Shown: positions 32,399 through 40,991, counted from the stretch's first letter. The stretch is DNA of 62,529 nucleotides from Deltaproteobacteria bacterium (GCA_003194495.1 PQXE01000001.1:79248-141776), one strand, 5' to 3'. The notes: generated by a model not told the origin, from the sequence alone. Numbers and translations are program-made.

Positions 32399-32590
32399 CG
32401 TTTAGCTTTGAAAAATCAGGACATTGCGTTAATTAGAAATAACACCAATGGGTTCACCCTTGAATCCCCAAAGGGGGCAGCGAAGCTGCATTCAACAGGG
32501 TAAAAATTTGTAATAGCAAAACATCCTGCTTGTCAGGGCGCCTAGATCGATAATCATTAAGCTAATAGCTAACGGCTAACAGCTCAATTT
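32373..32590 (+). mobile_element. MITE-like repeat, family B, copy B1 (full length with palindromic core)
   Basis: TTGAGCGTTTAGC...GCTAACAGCTCAATTT termini. The core at 32460-32495 is TTGAATCCCCAAAGGGGGCAGCGAAGCTGCATTCAA. Related copies lie at 36253..36424 and 44635..44837. Confidence 0.8.
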
Positions 32591-33762
32591 TGGTGGAAAG
32601 TAAATTGACAGAGACAAATTCAAATAAGGATTCAGAGCTCAAGACCGCACGACGGAGGGCAGCTCTTTCTGTAGGACTTAACTTTTTGCTATCTGTGGTA
32701 AAAGGCATGGCAGGGGTTTTTGCAAACAGCTCGGCCCTGATTAGTGATGCCATACACTCTGCCACGGATGTACTCGCCTCCGGAGCGGCGTATGTCGGCC
32801 TATGGGTGGCAGGGAAGCGTCATCCCTCATTTCCTTACGGTCTTTACAAGGCGGAGACCGTGGCCACACTGGTGATCTCTATGGCTGTGCTGTTGGCGGC
32901 CTATGAGATTGGGCGAAACGCAATATTCGGCCCTGACAGAATCCCGGATGTCTCTCTGGCCCTTCCGGTTGCTGCAGGTTCTCTGGTGGTGTCGTGGCTG
33001 TTTGGTTTTTCCCAGCTCCGTGCCGGTAGAAGGCTGAACTCTCCCGCCCTGATTGCAGATGCCAGGGATTATCTGGCAGACAGTCTTTCTACAGGAGTGG
33101 TGCTTTTGGGTCTGATAGGTGCCCATTTCGGATATGCTCTAGATAGATGGGCCGCAGCCATTGTGTCTATTTTTGTCTTCAGGTCTGGTGGACAGCTTTT
33201 GATAATGGCATTAAAAGACCTTTTAGACGCCTCAATAGATAGGGACACAGAGCGGGCAATCATAAAGCTGGTGGAATCGCATCCACTGATTTCAAAAGTT
33301 GATCGATGTCTCAGCAGGACCGCCGGCGGGCGTTTTATTGTAGATCTTGACGTGGTTCTCGGGACCAAGTCACATGAGATTGCCGACCGGGTATCAGACC
33401 ACCTGGAAGATGACATATTGAGTCAGTTTCCAAGGGTGGTTATGTCAAGAATCAGGCCCCATTACGGCCACTCCCCCATTTTACATTCTGTTATGCCCGT
33501 TACCAGTCCGGAAGGAAAGATGGCTGAAAATATCGCCAAGGCTCCATGGTTTCTGATCAAGACAAGTGAACGAGAAACAGGAAAGGTCCTTGAACGGAAA
33601 TTTATAGAAAATCCATATTGGCGTAAAGAAAGAAAGCGCGGATATTTGGTGGGGAAATGGTTGCTTTCTCTCAAACCGGATCAGATAACAGTGTCCGGCA
33701 AGCGTGAAGGTACAGCAATAGCCCTGTTGAAAGAGGCCGGGGTCGAGATAAATGGAATTTGA
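32590..33762 (+). CDS. cation diffusion facilitator transporter fused to a NifX/NifB-like (dinitrogenase FeMo-cofactor-binding fold) domain
   Basis: TTG start. Six TM helices with HSATD/DSLST-type metal sites and a CDF cytoplasmic domain. The C-terminal ~90 aa (IAKAPWFLIKT...GYLVGKWL...AIALLKEAGVEI) are NifX-like. Confidence 0.82.
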   Translation: MVESKLTETNSNKDSELKTARRRAALSVGLNFLLSVVKGMAGVFANSSALISDAIHSATDVLASGAAYVGLWVAGKRHPSFPYGLYKAETVATLVISMAVLLAAYEIGRNAIFGPDRIPDVSLALPVAAGSLVVSWLFGFSQLRAGRRLNSPALIADARDYLADSLSTGVVLLGLIGAHFGYALDRWAAAIVSIFVFRSGGQLLIMALKDLLDASIDRDTERAIIKLVESHPLISKVDRCLSRTAGGRFIVDLDVVLGTKSHEIADRVSDHLEDDILSQFPRVVMSRIRPHYGHSPILHSVMPVTSPEGKMAENIAKAPWFLIKTSERETGKVLERKFIENPYWRKERKRGYLVGKWLLSLKPDQITVSGKREGTAIALLKEAGVEINGI

Positions 33763-33775
33763 TTTCGAATATCCT

Positions 33776-34003
33776 CTAAATCTTTTGCAAAGGTTTCTGC
33801 ATCTTCCCCAAGCGAAGGTAGTTCTGAAAACAACTGTTTAGATTTTTGACTTTTAATGGTGACTCAGAGGAAACCGGAGATATTCGAGCAATGACCTTAT
33901 TTCCTCGCTCTAATTCCACACTTATTCCCTGGTAGAAAACCCGATTAAGTATATCTGAGAATTGACGTACTGCTTGAGTTACAGTAATGCGCTCCATTTC
34001 CAT
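33776..34003 (-). pseudogene. Phd/YefM-type antitoxin, frameshifted and orphan
   Basis: MEMERITVTQAVRQFSDILNRV. The conserved tail LPSLGEDAETFAKDLEDIRNQ is readable only in the next frame from about 33820. No toxin gene follows. Confidence 0.55.
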
Positions 34004-34207
34004 TTCCTTATTGCAAAATATACACATTACAGAATTGCAAAGCCTTTTTGCAATGCAAAATGTTTCTTGGTGGCTCTGTGGTCTCTGTGGTCTCTAGCGA
34101 CTGTAAGGAGCGGGCGAGAGAAAAAAATATCTCTCACAGAGTTCACAGAGTTCTTGTCCCAAAACGCAAGAATTATCTTCGCGGTCAATTTTGGTATGGA
34201 TAGACAC

Positions 34208-34235
34208 TGGGTAAGCGATTACCCAAAGTGGGTAA
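34208..34235 (+). promoter_or_regulatory. candidate enhancer-binding-protein site (three 7-nt half-sites)
   Basis: TGGGTAAgcgaTTACCCAaagTGGGTAA, 76 nt upstream of the -24 element. It is conserved at 41907..41934. Confidence 0.45.
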
Positions 34236-34310
34236 CGGCATACCCCTTCTAATTCTGTTCTTTTTTATGAATATTTAATAATAACAGAGAGATAAGATCC
34301 TGCCTTGTTA

Positions 34311-34326
34311 TGGCATAACCAGTGCA
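34311..34326 (+). promoter_or_regulatory. sigma54-type -24/-12 promoter
   Basis: TGGCATaaccaGTGCA, against the TGGCAC-N5-TTGC consensus with exact GG-GC spacing. It is 78 nt upstream of the pilW-like ATG. Confidence 0.6.
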
Positions 34327-34404
34327 TAAGCTGATAATGATGCGAAAATATTATGGCTGTTTTCCATTTAACAAAAATAACTGGAATTAATATTAAATTA
34401 AAAA

Positions 34405-35127
34405 ATGAGCAAATCAAGCAAATCAAATGGTTTTACTTTAGTTGAGCTCCTCATAACCATGGCAGTTTCTGGTTTCATCATGTCGGCAATTTACGCAACC
34501 TATCTGCTCAACCAGAAATCTTATCATGTGCAGGACGACGTAGCTGAAATGCAGCAGAATTTGAGGACAGTGTTTTATCACTTGAGTCGTGAAATCAGGA
34601 TGGCAGGTTTTGATCCTACCAATATGGCAAATGCAGGGATAATTACAGCTACGGCATCTCGAATCAGCTTCAGTGTGGATATTACAGACAATACCGGAAA
34701 TGGCGGCAGCGATGGAGATACTGATGACACTGATGAACTTATAGATTTCGGTTTTGAACCCGATGATGATACTGATGACAACGGCATTGCTGATTCAGGA
34801 GCCGCGTCTTTAGGCAGACAGACCGGTGGAGCAGGAGGATATCAACCGGTTACAGAGAATATTCAGGCCATTGAATTTAACTATGTTCTTTCAGACGGCA
34901 CCCGGACATTAAACCCATCCCCTGCTCTTCTAAATTCAATTCGAGCCGTCGAGATATCTATTCTCGCCAGGTCTGCCAGGCGCGACAGGGATTTTACCAA
35001 TACTGCCACTTATACTACAGGTGCCGGGACAACATGGGGACCTTTTAACGACAATTACAGGCGTCGACTGATAATCACTAATGTGCAATGCAGAAACATG
35101 GGGCTTTATCAAAAAGTTACCAGTTGA
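34405..35127 (+). CDS. pilW: type IV minor pilin PilW-like
   Basis: Prepilin leader and cleavage motif KSNG/FTLVELLITMAVSGF. PilW-like QQNLRTVFYHLSREIRMAGFDP. An Asp-rich insertion. Confidence 0.8.
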   Translation: MSKSSKSNGFTLVELLITMAVSGFIMSAIYATYLLNQKSYHVQDDVAEMQQNLRTVFYHLSREIRMAGFDPTNMANAGIITATASRISFSVDITDNTGNGGSDGDTDDTDELIDFGFEPDDDTDDNGIADSGAASLGRQTGGAGGYQPVTENIQAIEFNYVLSDGTRTLNPSPALLNSIRAVEISILARSARRDRDFTNTATYTTGAGTTWGPFNDNYRRRLIITNVQCRNMGLYQKVTS

Positions 35128-35136
35128 GGAAATACC

Positions 35137-35664
35137 ATGAGAAGGTATCCGGACAATCAGGAAAAGGGTTTTACGCTCATAGAGACGATGATTGCAATTT
35201 TGATCTTCTCAATAGGCATCCTTGGTGTTGCCAAGATGCAGATCCATGCGATTGTGGGTAACAGCGACGCTGCATGGCGCAACAGTGCCAACAGCGTAGC
35301 CACGGCATTCCTTGAAGATTTCAAGAGAATGTCATTTGATGATGCCCTGTTCGAAGATAACGATGCAGATGGAATTGCCGGTCTTGATGACGGCCGAGCT
35401 ACTTCTGGTACCCCTCACGCCTCTCCTTCCTCAGCAGATCAATTTAATGGCACAATCAGCCTGACTTACGACGGGTTTAACAATGGTAATCTGGTCGATG
35501 CAATCGGCAGGCAATATCAGGTTTTCTGGAACGTAGCTGATAACACCATGCCATCAGGGGAAGTAGCATCAAAGGTTATAAGGCTGTTTGTTTACTGGCA
35601 ATCCCAAATGGGCAGCAGATCCCTAATAATGACAACTGTAAAATATAACAACGTTTCCTTATAA
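35137..35664 (+). CDS. pilV: type IV minor pilin PilV-like
   Basis: QEKG/FTLIETMIAILIFSIGILGVAKMQ matches the PilV N-terminal signature. Confidence 0.8.
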   Translation: MRRYPDNQEKGFTLIETMIAILIFSIGILGVAKMQIHAIVGNSDAAWRNSANSVATAFLEDFKRMSFDDALFEDNDADGIAGLDDGRATSGTPHASPSSADQFNGTISLTYDGFNNGNLVDAIGRQYQVFWNVADNTMPSGEVASKVIRLFVYWQSQMGSRSLIMTTVKYNNVSL

Positions 35665-35688
35665 ACTGAAAAAATATGAGGAGTATCC

Positions 35689-36252
35689 ATGGAACATATT
35701 AAAAATGAAGAAGGTTTTACGCTGATTCTAAGCCTGGTGGTTTTGATTACACTGAGCTTTATGGGGCTGTGGGCACTCAATACCAGTGACATGGAAATCG
35801 GTATATCGGGAAACGAACAAAGATATCAGGAGAATTTTAATATAGCAGAAGGTGGAACATATCAGGAAGCATCAGCCATAGGCTTTGTTACAAATCCTTA
35901 TTATGCAGTCACAGATCCATCAAATTTTATCCAAAAGCTTGGGCCAAACCCGTCAGATACAGCAAATTATGATCCAGGCGATGACATGGATCCCACTGTT
36001 CTTGGAAACTTGAGTACACTGTCAGCCATTGATGTCAAAAAGCCTGAAGAATGGCCTCATCAAAATCTCTTGGGTGACACATCTGATAACATCTGTGATT
36101 ACAGCTACCTTGTAACATACTTGTATCCGGACTTTCCTCCCAAGGGCTACGATGCTGACAGCTTTTCCGCATATAAATTCAAAATAAATGGGGCAAGAAA
36201 TACTGAAATTGAAATAGGCGGAGTTAAGGTTGGTCCCAAGGCAACCATCTAG
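35689..36252 (+). CDS. pilX: PilX-like minor pilin (PilX_N-type N-terminus)
   Basis: EEGFTLILSLVVLITLSFMGLWALNTSDMEIGISGNE. Its position before pilY1 fits. Confidence 0.7.
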   Translation: MEHIKNEEGFTLILSLVVLITLSFMGLWALNTSDMEIGISGNEQRYQENFNIAEGGTYQEASAIGFVTNPYYAVTDPSNFIQKLGPNPSDTANYDPGDDMDPTVLGNLSTLSAIDVKKPEEWPHQNLLGDTSDNICDYSYLVTYLYPDFPPKGYDADSFSAYKFKINGARNTEIEIGGVKVGPKATI

Positions 36253-36424
36253 AATTGAGCGCTTAGCCATTAGCGCTTAGCTTTGAAAAATCAAGGTATT
36301 ACGTTAATTAGAAATAACATCCAACGGGTGAAAGTTTGTAATAGCAGAATATCCTGCTTGCCAGGGCGGCAGACTGATAATCATTAAGCTAATAGCTAAC
36401 CGCTAAAGGCCGACCGCTCAATTT
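36253..36424 (+). mobile_element. family B repeat, copy B2 (lacks palindromic core)
   Basis: AATTGAGCGCTTAGCC...CGACCGCTCAATTT. It is colinear with B1 except for a ~45-nt internal deletion. It fills the pilX-pilY1 gap. Confidence 0.8.
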
Positions 36425-36445
36425 ATGTTTAATGGAGGTCTTAAA

Positions 36446-39400
36446 ATGAAGATATCAAGGCAGTTAAATATTAAAACAATAATGCTGTCTGCAGTACTTG
36501 TCGCCATGATGTTTTCTCCGGCCATGGCTAAAGATACTGATATATACTCTCTGAATGTCAAGCAAAACTGTTACATCTTGATGGATAGTTCCGGCAGCAT
36601 GGATTTCGGAGTATATGAGTATACAATAGACTATGGCGCAATGTTTGATTATCTCTTTACTCTGAATGAGTCGGGCACCCCATATAATACTTATATATAT
36701 GATACTGTAAACAATAGTAATTTGTTTTATCAAAATCACCGAGAGCGCCAAAAGATTTTTCTTTGGAAAGGAAATTTCGGTGTAACGTTAGCAACAGTAA
36801 ATGGCCAGCAGGTTGCCTTTACGGGTGATGCTGCCGATCCGTCTTACCAATGGTCTCCGGATGACCTTGTAGATACCCACACGCTGTTAAATAAAAATGG
36901 AGATATTACAGATGAGGGCGGAACTGTAATTGATAGTAACTACATCTGTTCCGTGAGTAATTGCCCCAGGATAACGGTTGACTCTGGTGGATATATTCTT
37001 CTGGATGGCCAACAGCTTCCCCTGGGCCTCAATATCAAATTTCATGATTTTGCCAACCTTTATGATGGAACGTGTGTAGATAATGGCTTTGGGGGCCTGC
37101 TTAACGCTCCAGGCTATTATTTCAGCGGCTATGAAGGAGTATCTACTGGCAATTTGGATATCGCAGAGGATGGAGACAATGATATATACTTTTTCCTGAC
37201 AGGTAACTGGGCCAATATGCAGGCCGTGTACAATCTCTATTATATCACTAACAATCCAGACCCGCAGGGTGCAAGCACAGGTGATCCGGCATGGAAGTTT
37301 GAATTGTTTCCACTTAGTTCATCGGAATGGTCCCTCTCACCTCACAGCCTAAAGTATCCCGATCCTAATGCTGACGATGACTATTATTATAATAATAATG
37401 GTGTTATTGAATATGAAAATAATATACGGGAAACGGACTCAAGAAAAACAATTATCCATCCCGGCACAACGCAGATTCAAGTGCATTTTAGCTCTTTTGA
37501 TGTTAATCCTCAAAAAAATGATGAGGTCTGTACAAGGTATAAACCTAATGGAACTTGTCAAATCCGGGGGACGGACACCCAAGACTTTCTACATTTATAC
37601 GACGCCGATGGAAATGAAATTGCAAGTTACAACAACGATAACTTCCCTTCTGACGGCTGGTCGCCTGTCATCACTGGAGACACCGTTGACCTGAGACTTT
37701 CATCCGGAGTAGAAGAGCAAGGCCAGGGTTATGAAATTGATAAAATCCGTGTAACTTACCACACAAATTCCTATCTTATGCAGACTCGTCTTGATATTGC
37801 CAAGGACGCTATAAGCTATGTGATTGATGAACTTCGCGGAAAAATGAACTGGGGCTTTGCCAGCTTCGCGGCAAATGGCGCAAAGATCGGGCCGTCATTG
37901 AACCCGAATGATACTGATGACGCCAACAGGGCCGCAATCAAGCAACAGATAGCAGGTGTAATGCCAACGGGCGGCACTCCTCTTGGTGAGGCTTTACAGG
38001 ACATTTTTGAGGTTGGATATTATATACACAAAAGTTCCCTCGATAACCTTCTTTGCCGGAAGAATTACACCATAGTCATGACCGACGGGTTCCCATCAGG
38101 TGACGATGACTGGTCAAGAATAAGTGACGTAGGGCCTTTCACAGATGCCGACGGTGATGGCTGGACACAGGATCCACATCAGTATTCCAGTCCGCCGGGG
38201 GATTATTATGACGATGTGGCCCACTGGATGTACACTCACAGTTGGATGGACAAGTCTGAGGTTTTAGATCCGGAAAGCTCCTATGTAAATGTCATAACAC
38301 ATCATATAGCTTTTGGAGCAAAGCATCCTCTCCTGCAGGATGCTGCAGGAGAATCTGGTGGAGAGTATATTACCGCCTATAATAAGGGGCAGCTTATAGC
38401 AGCTTTTTACTCACTTGCTCTCTTGATGTCAGAAGCGGTATCCTTTACAGCACCTGTTGTCTCCGTGGATGCCGCCAATAAAATTCAAAATGGTGACGAT
38501 CTTTACATGGGTTTGTTCATGCCAAAGGACAGCAACTATTGGGTTGGAAATTTAAAAAAGTTCCGTTTTGGGGATGGAAGCACTGAACGGCCTGACATGT
38601 GGATGATTTACGATGGTGCCGACAAGCCCGCCATAGATAGCTCAGGCGCTTTTCTTGATAATACGGCAGCTATCTGGGCCGATGATAATGATGCCAATGA
38701 CAGGGACAGCTATGGAGCAGCCGATGTCCAGGAAGATGGAGCCGGTGAAGTCCTTACGAAAAGGGTTGCTGCAGATTTTCTTAGCAAGACTTATTATGAA
38801 CGTTCCATCTACACCTGCAAAAGTGGTAATTTAACGGATTTTACCAGGAATAATATCACCCCTTCCGACTTGGGCATCAACAGTGGAAATACCACGGCAG
38901 ATAATACTACGAGAGACAAAATTGTTAATTTCATTTATGGCTATATATGTGACGCTGATGCCACTACGGGGGATCCTGTAGGGGTAAGGGAATGGGTACT
39001 TGGAGCTATTGTTCACTCAAGGCCGGTGATAATTGACTACTATGATCCAAATGATCCGGCCATACTTCAGAAACGGTATATTGCAGTAGGCGCTAATGAC
39101 GGCATGCTGCATATTTTTGATGACGCGGACGGACAGGAAGTTTTTGCCTTTGTCCCTGAAGATCTGTTGGGAAAACTTCAAGATATATCAGCAAATGATT
39201 TCTTTGACTCGGTTGATGGCCATATAACCCTTTATCGGAGAAATAAACAACCAAAGTATCTGATCTTTGGAGAAAGACGTGGAGGCCGCAAATATTGGTG
39301 TCTTGATATTTCAGACAACAATCCTGCCAACTGGACCGTTGCATGGGACTATTCAAACCCTGAAATCATGCAAAGCTGGTCCGAGGCAAAAGTGGCCAAG

Positions 39401-40987
39401 ATTCAGGTCGGGGCGGAAAATTTCAAAGATGTCCTGATCTTTACCGGCGGCTACGACGAGGAAGAAGATAGTTATCCGGAACCCTTTGACGATGAAGACA
39501 ATAGTGGTTCACCTTTCAGCAGCAGTGGAAACATTGATCCCAATGAATGGAAAAGCAACAATAGCGACCAAGACGTCAATGGCAATGGTCAGTACGACAA
39601 ATATAATCCTGATCAAAATGAATATGGACGAGGCGTGTTTGTGGTAGATATTGACAACCCCTTTGCCGGCCCTCAGGACATACTTCCATTCTCAGTGACC
39701 TATGGTGCCGCCAATGTTGCTACAGGCCTGGTCCAAACCCTGGCGGATATGAAATATTGTTTTCCTGCATCACCATCCATTGTAACAAGTACATTGCGTT
39801 ATAAGGATGCAAACGGCCATCTGCAACTGGCGACAAATATCCTGCAGGCGATTTATACGATTGATATTTATGGAAACATATACAAAATTACCTATGATTA
39901 CTGTTCAGGGAGCCCGGCATGGACGGCAAGAAAGATCTTTTCCGCCAATCCTGGCAGCTCAAGCTCCAGCGGTACAACGGGAGGGGGAGATGATGCCGGC
40001 GATCAGGGACGTAAGGCCTTTTATTCCCCTGCCATGTCATGGGGCGGTGCAGGTTCTTTTTTTGATGCTGGAAACTATCGTTTTAGAAATACAAGGTTTG
40101 AAGGCACGGACAAAATAGCATCACTCTTTGTAGGAACAGGTGATCGCGAACATCCACAGTATTCCATTATTCGAAATCGTTTTTATGCCATATATGACGA
40201 TTCTTCTTTAACAGCAGAAACTGCGCGCCTTGACTCCAATGGCGATCCTGTTACTGATACAAATGGCGACTATGTTTATGATCCGGTTGATGTATCATCA
40301 TATCCTTATACAGAAGACGATTTTTTGAATCTCACCTGTGACGAACTGGGCGCTGATACCACTATTGATGCAAACGCAGGATTTACTAAAGATGATTTGC
40401 TTGTTCTTTTAAGAGATGACCCAATATATGATGCTGATACTACCGGAAATAATCCGGACTGGAGGTTAGAAGCCGGTGGTACTCATGAAAATGATGCCAA
40501 AGGATGGTATATAATCCTTGAGAACCAGGGAGATAGTTCTGCTTGTTCCCACTGTACCTATGATGCCGCCATAGATGCATACGGTAGAGATAACCATTTT
40601 GGGGAAAAGGTGCTCGGACAGCCTACCCTTTATTACAGAACCATCTACTTCACTACATATCAGCCTGCTTTTGATGACCCTTGTAACCCCCAGGGTAATA
40701 GCTTCAATTATGCACTGAATTATGAGATTGGGGCGGCATCGCTTAATCTTAACGGCGGCAATTCTTACAGCCAGGATATTACTGATCGCTACCGGAAGCA
40801 CACCAATATCTATGGTATTCCCTCGGGCTTTGAAGTCGTGACCAGAAATGGCCATGCCGCAGCGTTGGCAAGTATGGGTGGAGCCATTGTAGGCGGCGGA
40901 GAAGGTGGAGGCAACGCTTTTGAGATTCCCTCGCCGGGTTTTGGTTTGGAACTGTTTTACTGGCTTGAAGGAAACAGCGAGAAATAA
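36446..40987 (+). CDS. pilY1: giant PilY1-like tip adhesin with split vWA domain
   Basis: GGAGG RBS before the ATG at 36446 and a signal peptide (...MFSPAMA/KD). MIDAS motifs: DSSGS, then TGGTPLGEAL and IVMTDG about 460 aa later. PilY1/PilC propeller blocks: VGANDGMLHIFD, LFVGTGDREHP, NRFYAIYD, IYFTTYQP. Confidence 0.85.
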   Translation: MKISRQLNIKTIMLSAVLVAMMFSPAMAKDTDIYSLNVKQNCYILMDSSGSMDFGVYEYTIDYGAMFDYLFTLNESGTPYNTYIYDTVNNSNLFYQNHRERQKIFLWKGNFGVTLATVNGQQVAFTGDAADPSYQWSPDDLVDTHTLLNKNGDITDEGGTVIDSNYICSVSNCPRITVDSGGYILLDGQQLPLGLNIKFHDFANLYDGTCVDNGFGGLLNAPGYYFSGYEGVSTGNLDIAEDGDNDIYFFLTGNWANMQAVYNLYYITNNPDPQGASTGDPAWKFELFPLSSSEWSLSPHSLKYPDPNADDDYYYNNNGVIEYENNIRETDSRKTIIHPGTTQIQVHFSSFDVNPQKNDEVCTRYKPNGTCQIRGTDTQDFLHLYDADGNEIASYNNDNFPSDGWSPVITGDTVDLRLSSGVEEQGQGYEIDKIRVTYHTNSYLMQTRLDIAKDAISYVIDELRGKMNWGFASFAANGAKIGPSLNPNDTDDANRAAIKQQIAGVMPTGGTPLGEALQDIFEVGYYIHKSSLDNLLCRKNYTIVMTDGFPSGDDDWSRISDVGPFTDADGDGWTQDPHQYSSPPGDYYDDVAHWMYTHSWMDKSEVLDPESSYVNVITHHIAFGAKHPLLQDAAGESGGEYITAYNKGQLIAAFYSLALLMSEAVSFTAPVVSVDAANKIQNGDDLYMGLFMPKDSNYWVGNLKKFRFGDGSTERPDMWMIYDGADKPAIDSSGAFLDNTAAIWADDNDANDRDSYGAADVQEDGAGEVLTKRVAADFLSKTYYERSIYTCKSGNLTDFTRNNITPSDLGINSGNTTADNTTRDKIVNFIYGYICDADATTGDPVGVREWVLGAIVHSRPVIIDYYDPNDPAILQKRYIAVGANDGMLHIFDDADGQEVFAFVPEDLLGKLQDISANDFFDSVDGHITLYRRNKQPKYLIFGERRGGRKYWCLDISDNNPANWTVAWDYSNPEIMQSWSEAKVAKIQVGAENFKDVLIFTGGYDEEEDSYPEPFDDEDNSGSPFSSSGNIDPNEWKSNNSDQDVNGNGQYDKYNPDQNEYGRGVFVVDIDNPFAGPQDILPFSVTYGAANVATGLVQTLADMKYCFPASPSIVTSTLRYKDANGHLQLATNILQAIYTIDIYGNIYKITYDYCSGSPAWTARKIFSANPGSSSSSGTTGGGDDAGDQGRKAFYSPAMSWGGAGSFFDAGNYRFRNTRFEGTDKIASLFVGTGDREHPQYSIIRNRFYAIYDDSSLTAETARLDSNGDPVTDTNGDYVYDPVDVSSYPYTEDDFLNLTCDELGADTTIDANAGFTKDDLLVLLRDDPIYDADTTGNNPDWRLEAGGTHENDAKGWYIILENQGDSSACSHCTYDAAIDAYGRDNHFGEKVLGQPTLYYRTIYFTTYQPAFDDPCNPQGNSFNYALNYEIGAASLNLNGGNSYSQDITDRYRKHTNIYGIPSGFEVVTRNGHAAALASMGGAIVGGGEGGGNAFEIPSPGFGLELFYWLEGNSEK

Positions 40988-40991
40988 TTTG

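Larger units (their letters stand above)
34096..34340 (+). repeat. duplicated regulatory block D1 upstream of pilin module 1
   Basis: About 245 bp, highly similar to 41786..42040. Shared sequence runs AGCGACTGTAAGGAGCGGGCGAGAGAAAAAAATATCTCTCACAGAG ... TGGCATAACCAGTGCATAAGCTGATAATGA. Confidence 0.85.

Noticed and set aside
32590-33762. The CDF transporter as a magnetosome MamB/MamM homologue.
   Set aside because: There are no other mam/mad-type genes in the window. The CDF family is ubiquitous, and the NifX-like fusion is not a MamB/M feature that I know of.
33962-34252. ORFs spanning the duplicated control blocks: 33962-34252(+), 41872-42072(-) and 41918-42274(-).
   Set aside because: The two repeat copies are conserved at nucleotide level, but the ORFs differ in strand and frame between copies. 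The sequence is better explained as regulatory DNA.
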